Source: Podarcis cretensis
Taxonomy: Eukaryota
Direction: 5' to 3'
Length of the DNA stretch: 64,000 nt
Assembly (NCBI GenBank): GCA_951804945.1
Contig: OX638149.1
Location: 82,522,001-82,586,000 of the forward strand
Shown here: piece by piece, positions 12,001-26,500 of the stretch
Layout of the letters: each line of letters opens with the position of its first letter
How positions within the stretch are numbered: position 1 is the first letter of the stretch
The notes under the pieces: generated by a model
The model's input: the letters and a program-made list of their open reading frames with translations, nothing else
What the model was told of the DNA's origin: nothing
The model's database searches: none
Program-made: the position numbers and the translations under genes

Positions 12001-15000
12001 ATGACCACTTTCTTCTTCTCATGATCAACAGCAACATAGAAGGGAGTTTCATAGACCTAAAGGAAATGCAGCATCACATCAGTCTTGCCTAAATATAGCC
12101 TTACTGAAATGAAGTGATTTTCATCCTCCCAACAAACAAGTAAAACAGCTAGCAGATAAGCCTTCAAAGGACAGCAGCACCCTTGAGCTCAATCTACTTG
12201 AGCATACATAAGGCGTTATCTGTATATCACTGATAGTAACTTCAGGCTATAAATTAGCTGCTAGACCTGTTAGCTTAAGACATGGCTCTGAAATGCCCCA
12301 GAAGTGTCCTTCAGAGCAAGGAAGCTCTTAGATGGTCCTTACCGCATCATGACAGGAAGTGTACACAATGTCCACAGAGCTCATGTTTTCATCAAGAAAG
12401 TGGCGACGGATGGCGATAGCATTGCAGCCACAGCAATTATCTTCCTCAATTGTGACACCAGGTGCATAACGTGGCCGAGAGGGGCAGAGACAACAGCATC
12501 TTTAAATAAAAAGTACAGGTAAATAACATTTGGAAAGGAATGGAAAAAGAGATGAAGGATGAAAGAGAAGCAATAGAAGAGACTAGCTTACTGAAGACAT
12601 TTTTACCTACACAAAATGCCAGCTCTGTTTACATTCTGGAAAAAATAATATACCAGCAACCTAAAAGATAGCTCTGTGAATTTATAGGATAAAGGAAGAA
12701 ATGGGTAAAAATTAAAGAGAAAGACAACAGGTCAGAAAGGAGAAAAGAAAAAAGAAATCTGACTTTACAGAGGCACCAGGACACTATTAACTATTTAATA
12801 ATGCAAGTTCAGTATATCTGAGATAAACCTTAACTATCTGCAGAGTTGACATTATGAATATGTGCACTCAAATATAATAAACCTTCCAAACCCTGATTTA
12901 GGCACTTAGGACTACAACCTGTGCATGCTTACGAAGACGTAAATTCCACTGAAATCAGTGGACATCCTCCTAAGTAAACATGCATATGAATACTCAAAGG
13001 CCTATTAAGGAACAATGAGATGCTACATGGACAGAAATGACATTTCATAGGATCACAGAATTGTAGAGTTGGAAGGGATCCCAAGGGCCATCTGGTCTAA
13101 CCCCTTGCAATGCAGGAATCTCAACTAAAGCAGGATAAAGTTACTTTGTAACCTCCTCAAAGTGAGATACGTACAAGCCATTTTTTAAAAGCAAAGGCTT
13201 GTGTAGGCCAAAAATGAGACTACAAAAATGGAAGAGAGAATGAGGAAAGGGAAATTAAGGATTTACTAAAGAAGACAAGGAACAATAAATACATGAGTAG
13301 AAAGTGAGGAGGAAATGTATACAGAGACAGCCTGGATGAACACTTACGAGCAAGATCTGGCCAGGCGACAAAGTCCACAGGTAGGCTTCCTCATCAAATA
13401 CATGGGCCAGCCATAGGCAGCCAAAGCAAAGAGCATATAGTAACAAACCTCTTTGTATCGCAGCATCTCTTGCTGGAGGAAACAAGAGATATTTAGTGTC
13501 CTGATGGCATCATTGGAGATGTCTCCCTCTCACTGTTTCAGTATCAGTTCCCTACCCCACAAAATACATTTTTAAAATTTGTTGGACCTTCAAACCCTGC
13601 CCTCCCTCCTTCTAGGCTTCTCTATTTGAAAGTAACCACCTACAGCCAAAGGCCATTTTCAGACGCAACACTAACTCATAGTTTAGAGCAGGGGTAGCCA
13701 ACGTAGTGTCTTCCAGAAGTTACTAGATCACAACTCTCATCACCATTAACCATTGGCCACACTGGCTTGGGCTTGCGCTCTCCTGCCCCCAATCTCGGGG
13801 ACAGCTGAAAGGAGACTGGAAACACTCACTTCTGCTTTTAAACTACACGAAGTCCTACATTACATCCAAATCAGGGGAATGCTGGTTCATTTAAAACTAC
13901 AAACAACATTTAAGCTAACCCAAGGTTGCACCACGTTCAACTGTAAAGAGGAATAGAAGTCAATGCATCTTAGGCTCTTACTCCCACAGCATGAAGACAA
14001 AAAGGGTTTGGGCTTCTTGATTGCCTAAGAGGTTTCACAAAGTGAAAGTGCATTTGTACTTCCTTTTTCGTACTTCTTTTTTAAGGTACATTATTTAACA
14101 GGACAAGGACTTTATCCCTACACTGATAAAGGGAAGAAGGCACATGTGGCTTGAGAAGTTATGAATAGTTTTGCCTGCAGGTAACATCCAGAGCATCATA
14201 CTGCTTTCATTACATAAAATTGGGTTGGGAAAATTAAATGCCGAGCAATTCATGCTGCCACTTTCAGCTTTAAACAAGGCTCTGTTCTTTTTGCTGCAAC
14301 ATACTAAAAGGCCTCTCCAGTGCTTTTTTTCTAAAAAAAAATGTTTAGGGGTACTCTTATTTTGACTGAAGAAAATCACCATTTTATAGTTCAAATTGGG
14401 AAAAATAAATACAGTAAATGGACAAAAGTACAAAGATTCACAAAATGTTTAGGGGTATGCATACCCCTGCATCCCCCCAGAAAAAAAGCACTGGGCCTCT
14501 CCATTTTTTACTGTTCTGATTAGAATAAAAGTTTGCATTAAAGGAAATACAAGATGACTGATTTATTGGGCCTGATCATAGAATCATAGAATCATAGAGT
14601 TGGAAGAGACCACAAGGGCCATCGAGTCCAACCCCCTGCCAAGCAGGAAACACCATCAGAGCATTCCTGACATATGGTTGTCAAGCCTCTGCTTAAAGAC
14701 TTCCGAAGAAGGAGACTCCACCACACTCCTTGGCAGCAAATTCCACTGATAAGCTAGTGTGCACTCTGCAATTGTGTCAAAGTAGCATTAGAGTCTGATG
14801 ACTTACTGAGTTTTTCAGGTCCAGATATTTAGTGTTCCTGGTTACTGGCATCCCCGACAAGAAAGCTAGAATATCGTTGTTTGCCTGTAAATCACATAAG
14901 AGACTGAGATCATGACCCTGAAACACTCCATTTGCACTCAAGGAGAGGGAAACCCCATTTGACGTGGATCACTGTTAAGCAGAAACAAAATTCTCACTAT

Positions 15001-18000
15001 ATTCTGCCAAAGTTTCATAATAATTCTGTTTGTCTTCCTAACACCTCCACTCTAAAGCCTAGAAACATGAGAAACTAACCACTATTTTAAAATTGTTTAT
15101 TATTGTTATTTCAGTTTTGTCCCTCCTTTCTTCCATCATGGAATTCAAGGGGGTAATCCATTCAGACACAGACCAGACCTGCTTAGCTGAAGAATGATGG
15201 TGCCTCAGTTGCCTTCAGACTATATCCTGGGACTGCTAATTTTGTAACATCTTGAAGTTTTTGATCCCTAAAAATCATGATTTCCCACATTCCAGTACCA
15301 AGCTTTTTGTGAAGTTTATCAACGAAACACTGAAAAATGCATGTTACAGTTTTTTCATTATTGGTCACTGGGAGGTGACGGACTGTTATATCTTAGGGAC
15401 AGCTAGGCAAAGATTTAGTGATTCCCCACTTCTGAAACACATGACAATAGGTGATTAAAAGCCAGATAAACATATCAGTAACATCTGTATTTCAGCAGTG
15501 AAAAAGCACAGAAAGCAGTCTGCATACTCACTTCATCCAGTACTGCACTGCGTTTCGCCCTCTGTCGTTGGCGCAGAAGTACCAGGCCTGCTATGATGTC
15601 AGATGGGACTATGTCAAGATCTCGGAAAAACTCAGCAAAGAGATATGCAATTTCAGAGTAGGCATCCTGAAAAATCCCAAAAGGGGAAGATGATAAATGA
15701 ACTTGTAACAAGCAAAAGACAAAGAGCTAGTATCAATCACTTGGACTGAAAACGTAATTCTCAGCTGCTGTTCCAAAACATCCACTTTGTTACCTAGGTT
15801 AGAACTGGCTTCCCCATCTCATTCTAATTTATTCTTCTAAGAAAAGAATTATGCAGAATTTATTACACTTTTCCTCTAAGGAATTCAAGGTGGCATATTT
15901 TATCATCATAACAACCTTATGAAGTAGGCTAGGCTGAGAGATAGAAGCCCAGTTCACAGGCAATGCTAAGAACAGGTATAACAACAACCAACAACCAACA
16001 ACAACTTTATCATTTATTCCCCTGCCACTCTGGGCAACTAACAGTACATATGAAAACATAGTAAAACATCAAACATTAAAAACTTTCCAATACAAGGCTG
16101 TCTTCAGATATCTTCTAAAAGATGTGCAGTTCTTTATTTCCTTGACATCTGGTGAGAGGGCATTCCACAGGGCGGGTGCCACTACCAAGAAAGCCCTCTG
16201 CCTGGTTCCCTGTCACTTCACTTCTTGCAGAGAGGGAACTGCCAGAAGACCCTTGGAGGAGGACTTCAGTGCCCGGGCTGAATGATGGGGATAGAGACAC
16301 TCCTTCAGGTATACTGGGCCAAGGCCCAGTATACCTAAAGGAGCATAATACAAAGACCAAACAAGGTTTAGTCCCAGATAGTAAGCAAGAGTGGGGAAGG
16401 AGTGCTATTCTTCACTCTGGGAACCCACATATTTGCATGTTCATGCTAAGCTATGGTACATGCAAATGGGATCAGTGGCTTCTTCAAGGACACCCATTAA
16501 ACTTTATGGTGAATAATAGATTTCAAGTCAGACCTCCCAGACCTAAGTTCACCACTCTATGTTCTGCATCACTCTCACCAAAAGGTCCACCTAGACCACT
16601 TTACTGTCTCCAACAGAACACAGCCTGAAGACCTTAGGAAGCTTACAGGTAATGCACAATAAAGACAGACATCCCTTGCCATTTGTCCCCAGAATCTGGA
16701 AATCAGATACAAAAGAATCTATAGTAGTTTTGACAACTCCACTTTAACATAACAATTATGTTTGCTCTAGGTAAATATTATACCATGTTTCTGTAGCAAA
16801 CACTTTAGATATGTACAAAAGACCTGCATAATTTAATAGTACATATTAAATATTATGCCTTGGAACCATGCTTTTCAGTTTAGATCCATCTTTATATTTA
16901 AATTGTTTGTTTATTTGTTTATAGCCAAAAAGTCTCCCAGAGTGGCTTACATACAATTATTTGAGCTCATTTGCTTCGTCTAGTAAGAAAAATATATACC
17001 TCTAAATATAATAAAAAGTTTTACCCTTCAGTGACTGACCACCATTGCTCTGCAGCACCTGACAAGTGGCATAGCTATGGTACAAAACTCCTGATCACCA
17101 TCAGCATCTGCTTCTTACACACTGGGTGACTGCCCTTTTAAAAACATTTTTTGCACAAGTGAAACAGACCACTAGATGAGATGTCATTTCCTTGACATGG
17201 GGTTATTATGTTAATAACTAATCTGATTTGCATCTACCATTGTGTTACATGCAATGTTCATATGCCCTTTGAAAAAAATCTTCTCAATTTTTCATAACTA
17301 AGAATAATCTAAGTAATACCTGATAATCTGACAGCACATCACTTTTTCAGGTCGTTAAAAAGAAAGTGCTGTTCATTTAAAATGAGTCCATCATTCTATG
17401 TACTTTGCCAGTTTTAGTGGTTTAATAAGTTCTGGACAGAGTTATTCTTTCTTGCAATTGAATAAATAGCTTAGTTACAATCTGACTGCAATAAATATGA
17501 AGCCATGCAGATGGGAAAGGATTGATTCTTCCTCTACTCTACTGCAAATGTCTCACTCTGAGCTCCTCACCCATGGTTATGTCTGCACCAGTTCTTTGTA
17601 ATTATTTCCTTATATAGGGCATGGGTGACTTGTGCCAGAGGTGCAGCACCCATGTGTGGAAGATCACAACAGGAGTCCAAAGTGCCATGGCTCCTTCCAC
17701 CATGTTCACAGCATATTCAGAGATAATACAACTGAACATTCAGAACTGTTTCCAGGTCTCTTAAGCATGCAATCAGGAGATTTATGTACACATCAAATCA
17801 CATGGGGACTGGCTGACTAAACTCCAGATAAGAGTTCTATGAAATATTACATGAAGCAGATTTATCATTGATATCTCTCAGTGTAATGGTCTGAGAAAGC
17901 AGATATTTGCTTTGTGATGAAAAGATAGGTGCTACTTACTGACTGGGAATCTTTTGTTCGTGTGCAGCAGAGGAAAACTTTGAGCCGTCGGGTCCAGCTG

Positions 18001-20548
18001 CTAGCCTGCCCTTCCTCCAAACGGTGCCTTCAACATGCAGAAAGGAAGAGCTTACAAATGGATTATGGCGAGGGGGGGGGGAGGAGACATAAATTTGGAA
18101 TTGCCGTCCTTTGTGTTCTTCCTTCTTTGCAGAAGGGAGAGGTTCTTGAAGCAGCTCACCAAACAGCTCAGACCCTGAGAATAGAAAGCTGACCAGCTTC
18201 ACCTGAGAATGTGAATCTACCTCACAGTGACGAAGCCCTACACAGCATGAAACAGCATAAAACAGTAGAGGAAGCTATGGATCTTATGGGAGCATCTGCA
18301 GCTAAAGCGGAAGCACGAGACATCTTTTTCAGAACATCCTTGATGGGCTTGGGCCCATCCTCCTGTGCCCCAAACTCATCCACCCACATAAAAACTGCCT
18401 GGCAAATGCAAACACTGTAACTGAAGCCCTAAAGGTCACAAAGCCAGCTTCAAATTTCCTACACAGAGCCCCCTCTACCCATCTGTCACAGGAATCTTTG
18501 GGTCCCACTTCCTTTTTAGAAGGAATCACAGCCAAGGAATATAAAGCTGCCATGGGTGGATCAACAGCAAGAAAATGAAGCTGTTGCATAATCTTCTCAT
18601 CAAAAATATGTTTCTTAGCAACCTGAGACACCAGTTTAACCTTATTTGGATGGGCCCACTCAGCTTTCTAAGCTGAGTCAAAAATGTATGGAAAAGGAAC
18701 AGTAACCGCCTTGTGAGAAGCTGATGGGAAAGCCTTCTCAGCACCCACTGAGGAGGTGGCAGTTGCAGGAGCTTCCTCCTCCCCAGTGAGCTCCTCCCTA
18801 GGAAGGGTCCAGCAAACACTCCTTCCCTGCAACTGCATATGACATGAGGATACAGTGGTGCCCCGCAAGACGAATGCCTCGCAAGACGGAAAACCCGCTA
18901 GACGAAAGGGTTTTCCGTTTTGGAGGTGCTTCGCAAAACGAATTTCCTATGGGCTTGCATCGCAAGACGAAAATGTCTTGCGAGTTCCTGCGGGGTTTTT
19001 CCCCTCCCCCCCTTTTTCTAAGCCGCTAAGCCGCTTATCAGCTGATCCGCTAAGCCGCTTAACAGCTGATCCGCTAAGCCTCTTATCAGCTGATCCGCTA
19101 AGCCCCTAAGCTGCTAATAGCGCTAATCCGCTAAGCCACTAATGGGCTTGCTTCGCAAGACGAAAAAACCCCAAGACGAAAAGTCTCGTGGAACGGATGC
19201 TTTTCGTCTTGCGAGGCACCACTGTATGTGGAATTGGGTGCAGATGAACCACCAGTGAGAACTGCTGCTCCATGCTTTTCTTGTCCCGCTGATGGCCTGA
19301 GAACATAGGGTGCACCCCAGCTAGCCATTCTAGCACCTAAACTGGTGTGGCTTATACCCCCACTCCCAAAACACCCAGAGACAGAGAGGAACTGGGTGGA
19401 AGAATCAAGAAAACACACACAAGCCAGTGGAAAACAAGAGAGGCAGGAAGCAACTAGGGAGAGAAAAGACAACAAAAACAAAGCACCCCTTCTTCCACAC
19501 ACCAACAGGAGAGGAACAAAGGAACAGAAACCAAAAAGACAGGCACAATAACTAGGGTTGCCATATTTCAAACAGTGAAAATCCAGACAGAAAAGTTGTT
19601 GAGCTGTTTTTGCAAAATCACATAAAAAATTGATGTTTTTGAACTATTTTTATGGAAAAGCAGTGAAAATGACACATCCAACATGGGTTGCCATACGTCT
19701 GAATTTTCCCAGACATTTTTGATGATTTCAACCCAGACACTGCTACCAACTACAGTATTCCAGATATGTCTGGGAAATTCCGGATGTATGGCCACCCTGC
19801 AGTAACAGAGGAAAGGCTCTAAAATGTAAAGGTTCTGAAGAACACAAAACAACCTTGACTACCACTGGCTGCAACACAGGATTAGTCTGGTAGGCGGGAG
19901 AACTCCTCCCCCTGGAGGAGAGCCAAAAAGCCTCTAGGCTAGGGACTCTGCCTGCCATGTCCAGTAGGAGGAGACATCCCTCTTAAGGAATGTCCTCCAG
20001 TCTCATCTCACCAACAACCAAAAATGAGACAGTTGACTTTTAATTGCAAGCCTTGACTGAGAGGAGCGTAAGTTGGACCCATAACAAAATTCAGCAGTGT
20101 AGAGTGCTTCTGCTCAGGATATTCAATTCTATCCCTGCTCCTGCCTGTTTTTTTTGTTTCACCCAGCAGTCAATCAGTACCCAGTACCCACCAAGCATGC
20201 TCAGTCTGCACTACATAGTTTTGCAGGGGTTTTTTTGCCCCTGCTGATTTTTTCCCTCTACAGAATTTTTGTAATTCGGTAAATCTCATATTCCACGCTC
20301 TTGTTGTGGATGGTGCTGTTTTGGCTACCTAAGGACTGGGCAGTCAGAAAACTGAGTTTTCAATATATACACACAAGTCAACCATGCAACAAAATGTTGC
20401 TGTGTGGATCCTAGCCACCTAATTCTATCCCCACTCTGAACCCCACAACATTCAGTATCCCATGCCTACTGATAATGCACAGTCCTCACTGGGCGACTGT
20501 GAATGGAGGTTGCCTCCTAGGGTTTTCCCCCTGCATGTTTTTTTTAAA

Positions 20549-20589
<41 letters not shown>

Positions 20590-23500
20590 GCTATGAGCAA
20601 ACCTGAGGGTGCCCCCATGCATCCCAGTATCTCCTGTGTGTGTATGTTGTCATTTTAGCTACATCAGGACCAGCACTCAGAGAACTAGGATCACTATTAG
20701 TATATACAGTGGTACCTCGGGTTAAGTACTTAATTCGTTCTGGAGGTCTGTTCTTAACCTGAAACTGTTCTTAACCTGAAGCTCCACTTTACCTAATGGG
20801 GCCTCCTGCCGCTGCTGCACCGCTGCTGCACGATTTCTGTTCTCATCCTGAAGCAAAGTTCTTAGCCTGAAGCACTATTTCTGGGCTAGCAGAGTCTGTA
20901 ACCTGAAGCGTATGTAACCTGAAGCATATGTAACCCAAGGTACCACTGTACAGTGGTGCTGGTGGTTGGAAGCAATGGTCTTCAGCTGGGTGTCCGTCCC
21001 CCCCAACAACTGGCAAACAGCAAGCCCTGTCCATATGTTGCATTGTGAGCTCCTTTTTAAACTGCCTTGAGTGGCAACAGAAGAATAGGGACACTTAGGT
21101 GAAAAGAGAAAAAGTCCATATAAATCAGTTAATCAGGTCACAACACAGTTTTTTCAATCATGAAACAAATCAAGGAAAATAGCTTCTGAGTTAGATACAT
21201 TATATACATAATCCAGACTGTATCTTGTTGAAATGCTGTTTTGTGACTTACCTCAAGTTGTACGTCCTCAAGTTACGCTGCCTCCTCTTTGTGGCTCGCA
21301 GTTTGACAAAAGTTCTTCCTGTTGGATCAAAGACGCACAGGACAGTGATGCAAACACTCAGAATGACGACCCAGTTGCAGACGACCATTCCTGGTAAAAC
21401 GAAAAAGATGATTCAAATGATCAGTTCCGAAGTGTCATCTATGACTCTTCTTGGTGAGTTAGCTTTGTGTTTATGGGTTTTTTTCCTGAAGCAACACACT
21501 CAAGCTGAATTTCACTGACCAAAGTGAAGGCATGCATCCACAGTAACACCAGGGATCTCAAAACCAGATATTATTGAGTGAAAGGAATTATGGATAAAAC
21601 AGTAGTTAGAGATGTACTGTTGAATTCTTTTGTAAGGACTTGCATTGGTTTCCAGAGCAATTGCAAAAATCCATACAATACCTAGTTAGGCAGTAAAACA
21701 ACAGCTACTGTCCTTCCATCCATACATACTAATTGAAGTTTGTGCAATGGTTAAGTCTATCTGCAAAACATTCAGGGTGGGTACATTTATATAGGCAGAA
21801 AGTGAATTCATGCAGAAACCTTCAAATACACACCCAAAGTGACACTCTTGGCAGTAACATCATTGCAGGAGCTGTAGTACTGGGTTAACCAAACAATGCC
21901 CACAATAGCATAGATAAACTCAATCACCAGGATGGCTGAAACAATAAGAACATAGTGCACAATAGCAGCATTATTCTAATGAATACCTTGTTTCAAAGAT
22001 GTCAGAGACCACCACAGTATTTCTTGTTAGCAGTTCTCATGTATCCATTCCAATTTGTTATCTCACAAAGCAAAACCAGATTTTTGTCTAAGCTCAATTA
22101 AACATACCCACCCCCATTTTTCAAGGAAAACTCATAAAAAGAATTTAGGATAATTTTATATGAATGCTCAAGGAAAGCACCCAAAAATTTCTCAGCAAAA
22201 AACAAATCTTTCGCTCAACCCCATTGAGCATTATAACAAATACTTTCCTAAGAATATGGACATATTTCTAGATACGTAGTACAGCAACAGGAAATAGAGT
22301 TTCATACATAAAATCTTCCTCTGTTCCACTCCAACCACTAAAATGACAGAACAGCTGAAAGAATTATCTTAAATGTTTTATGATGCTATGTATTTTAGAT
22401 CTGATGTCATAATATTTTTATATGTGTACCCCAACCTGGGTGGATTATATATGTTGTAAATAAGTACGGTAAATATTCCCCAACCCCATTTCTCTCCTGA
22501 AATGCACCTATGATATAGTTCAATTCCTCATTGGCTTTAGCAATCTCAGGAAGGTACACATGAGTTTCATTTGATTCTGGCAAAAAAATAAATAAATTGG
22601 GTGGGGTGAAAGAGGGGGAGGCAAAATGCACAAATATAAATTGTATACTAATTGACTAGACAGCAGAATCTTGGACCCTGAGATGCTGATGAATTTCTTC
22701 AAGCTTGAGCTCATACAATTCTATGGTTCTATGATTTTCCCAACCTCAGACTGCCTCAGAAAATTATCCCAGGTGTTTGTTTTTCATTTTGGGGAAAGAA
22801 CTCTGAGGCAAACTGGAGAGAGCTCACCCATCCCTACTTTGACTCAAAGCAGAGCACGGAAGATAACAACAACATGTTACTATTGCGAGAAAGTAAAAGA
22901 AAAAGCCCATCAAGCTACATATCTGATTTATAGGACATAATTGCTATCATACTGCATTGCTCAGTTCTCAGATATCAAAAGGTGACATTTTACACAGTCT
23001 AACAAAACCTTTCAGTGACTGGAGGTGCTACCTGTAGCATGTAATTTCAATTCCCCCCGCCCATATAATTCCTTTTATCAATAAAAGATTGAATAAAATG
23101 CTGAAATGTTCTTTTTTGAATGTCACACTCCATTCTCAGGTAAAAACCTGTTTTCTAAGTTTTCACAACACTTCAAGCTAAACAGCTAAAGTGTGAGCAG
23201 CACAGCTGCAATAGAGATGTGTATATATTTTGGTGTAACTGTTGCAGATGTGTAACAGAAATTGATCATGATGAGCCACACATTACCTCTCTTCAGTCCA
23301 GGAAGATTTTTTTAAGTGATTAAAAAAAAATAGATGTATTTTTGGATACTCATGTAGCCATTTAAAAAGTAGTTCAAGAAGAAAATGTGCTAGGGTCCAT
23401 CTCAGCAATGCACCTCAATTCAAGAAGGGGAGGGGGTGTCTTACTTTTTTTAAAAAATCCCCAAAATCTATTATTTATTTATAAATTTGCCACTGTTAAG

Positions 23501-26500
23501 TTAGATCCGGTGGCACGACAGTGAGAAGCCACTCCTAAATGCTCCATGATCTCTACCAAAGTAATGTGAGAACCTTTTTCTTGTAACAAATGTGAAGCTG
23601 CAGCTCATGCTGTGGCGAAAAGCCCCATGTTTTCTTCTTCAAACTGGTGCCTCTCTTTTTTGAGGTTATCATATTTACCTACAATCCTCAATATTTTGCT
23701 GCTACTGACCAGTATTTTCGACACCATCAGCGATGAGAGATAGCACTCTATCCCTGTACCAACTGAACTTTTCAGATTTTTAAAGGGCTTTTCCTAGTTA
23801 GCTTCCCTAAAGAATGATAACATCTACTTTGTATATTCACTGATTAAATATTGTAAGTAACATTAAGAAACAAAACAAAAAAGAGGTTCCAGCCCCTGCA
23901 AGGCTACCCACTAATGTTCACTGAATGGATGAATTCAAGGCATGGAAAGGAGAAAAATATGAAAACCTTTCTATGCACAGTTTTTTTCTGAATAGGGAGG
24001 GAATAATTTCATTTCTTAATAGTGCTGCCACCCACCAACTAAGGAAAGTTCTTCAGAAACTGCAAAAGCTGCTTGCAAGGTAGCATGGGATACAAGCACT
24101 TTTAAGATGAGAAACTGAAAGCATTGTTATACAGAGAGAGCTTCTTGTACACCTTTCTAGGGTGAGTCTTGGATTTTATTTGCTTTCCTCCCCTCTCCCT
24201 CCACTTCAGCTCAGTTTTAATTTGGATTCACAAACTTATTTAAGCAAGGCTCAGAAAAGGAGTAACCATGCCTACAAAAAATTACATCCAGTGAAGAAGT
24301 AATTAAACAAGAATAGGCAGCAATGTCACAGTGTTTAGAATTGGGTTGATGCCCTTCCTGTGTGCAATGTTTTCTTATACAATTCTAATAAAAATATGTG
24401 TCTCAGACATCTAGAGCAGAGGAAGCCTAGTTATTTCTATATGATATGAATGGAAGGCCAGTTAAAAATGTTGTGAGTGAGCAATGCCTGTTTCTTTTTT
24501 TCTGGTAACATCTTTGAGAATCAGGATGCCTTGAGGGAGACTGTAGGGAAAGGTTATGTGTCCTTCAAAAGACAAAGCAAATTTCATGCACACGTCATCA
24601 GTGGAAGAGATTCCTTTAAGTAGCCAGTACCTACAAAGAATATTTTGTGAGAGAGGAGGGTTATCAATGGAAACTTTTTAGGACATGTGTACAAGCAAGG
24701 GGAGAAATAAACTTATGTGCTCAAGCATGGCAGGTGTGTTTAGGTTTGGTTGTGTGCATGCTAAGCATGAATTAGATTTCTACGAAAGAAGTATCAAGGC
24801 AGATGGAGAAAGGCAATTGTTACATGCAGTGTCTGCATTTCTGCAAGATGGCATGGTAAATGTAGTTATTACAAATGTAAAATGCTAAAAAGCAGACAAA
24901 TGAAATGATGTCTTGTGTCATTTAACAAAGTGAGGTGACAGGGATCCAAAAAATTAAACTAATCAAAAGTTTACGTAGGGTAAATTTATGCAGCGTCATG
25001 GGGACATCTGGCAAAAATTCAATCTCTGCATTTCCCACATCTGTAGTAGAAGTGAAACAAAAACTAGTTTTATAAATGGCTTTCCCCTGCTTAACATTCA
25101 GAGGATGCTTCTAGACTAAAAAACATCCTTGGTGCTACCAATGAAAGGATGAAGACAGAAATTCTGGAAAAGAGATTCTCCTCTGCAGTATGTATATTCT
25201 AAATGAGCAGAGTATTTAAATGGCTGAAAAAGAATGTGTTTTGTGTCTGCTTATCCGTATGCTGACAGGGGAATCCCTTGAGTGTATAACAGATGGTTGC
25301 ATCAAGTTCAAAAATTTATAAAGTCCCTTGGTCACTGTCTCTTACCCAGTCTGACGTACAGGACATATTGCATTGAATCCCGAGGTTCTGTGTACAAGAT
25401 GCTGCCACGCATGCTGAGCCAGATGATTGCGACTTCTGCGATCATGCAGCTAAGCAGAATACCCAGGTAGCCTCTGCCGTGGTCCACCAGGTTGAGAGAG
25501 CAGGTCTCATTGGGGTTGTATGCCAGTCCAAAGAGCACCACAGAAAGGATTATGAACCTGCCACACATAAGCACATACAATATTCCCTTGATAAACCTCA
25601 AGGTACCATATACATGAAAAAATAGTATTCAAAGAATGTCAACAGCAATATTATGATTACAGGTCTATGAAAATGTCTCTTTTTAATGTTTCCATGAAGT
25701 GGTCAGCGTCCTATCCCTAAAGAAGAGAAACGGTCTCCTGTGTGGCTCGGATAACCCCTTTAAACCATGATCTATGTTTTAGGTGATATCACCATTGTTT
25801 TAAACCATGATCTATGTTTTAAGCGATATCACCATTGATATCCGTGATTAATTTATGAGCAGAGGGCGATGTATAGGTTACAAATTTATTGTAATGTATG
25901 ATGGTCGTCCTTGTTTTTGTTTTGCTTCGGTTCCTGTTTGTCTTTTGTAAGTTTAGGCGATTTTAAATCTAGGGCTCTAAGTATAATATGTTGGTATGGG
26001 GAACTGTCGTGTAACGGGCCAATGGCCGTAATAAAGATCAATCCAATCCAATCCAATCCATGAAGTGGTTAGTTTATTTTATGCGCTAAACAAATAAGTA
26101 GTTAGCTTTGAACATATTCACAACTGCATACATCTAATAAAACGAGCTTTTGCCTATCAAAGCTCATCCCATAATAAAACAGTTATCCTCTCTAAAGGCA
26201 TCCGAGCCGTTTTAACATTTTATTCACAATGTAATTATCTTGTTACTTTTAATGAAATAAATTTGACAAGAGTTTCCAGAGTCAGCCACTAAAGGAATGC
26301 TATCAGTAGTATTATATTCAGTATACACCTGGGTCTGGGTTTCTGTGATTACAGGCAAATATCACACTTAGTCAATTTCAAATGTTCCATTAATGCCATC
26401 CATTTATTTGTGGTATATGTTTAGGGATTGCTTTGATAGTAAAATGCTGCTGCTTAGCTAGTGGGGATTTTTTCCGCCCACATGCAGATTTCTGGATGGC

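Noticed and set aside
19020-19140. CRISPR-like short regularly spaced repeats
   Set aside because: Eukaryotic DNA; the repeats are tandem with no unique spacers and lie inside a TIR-bounded MITE
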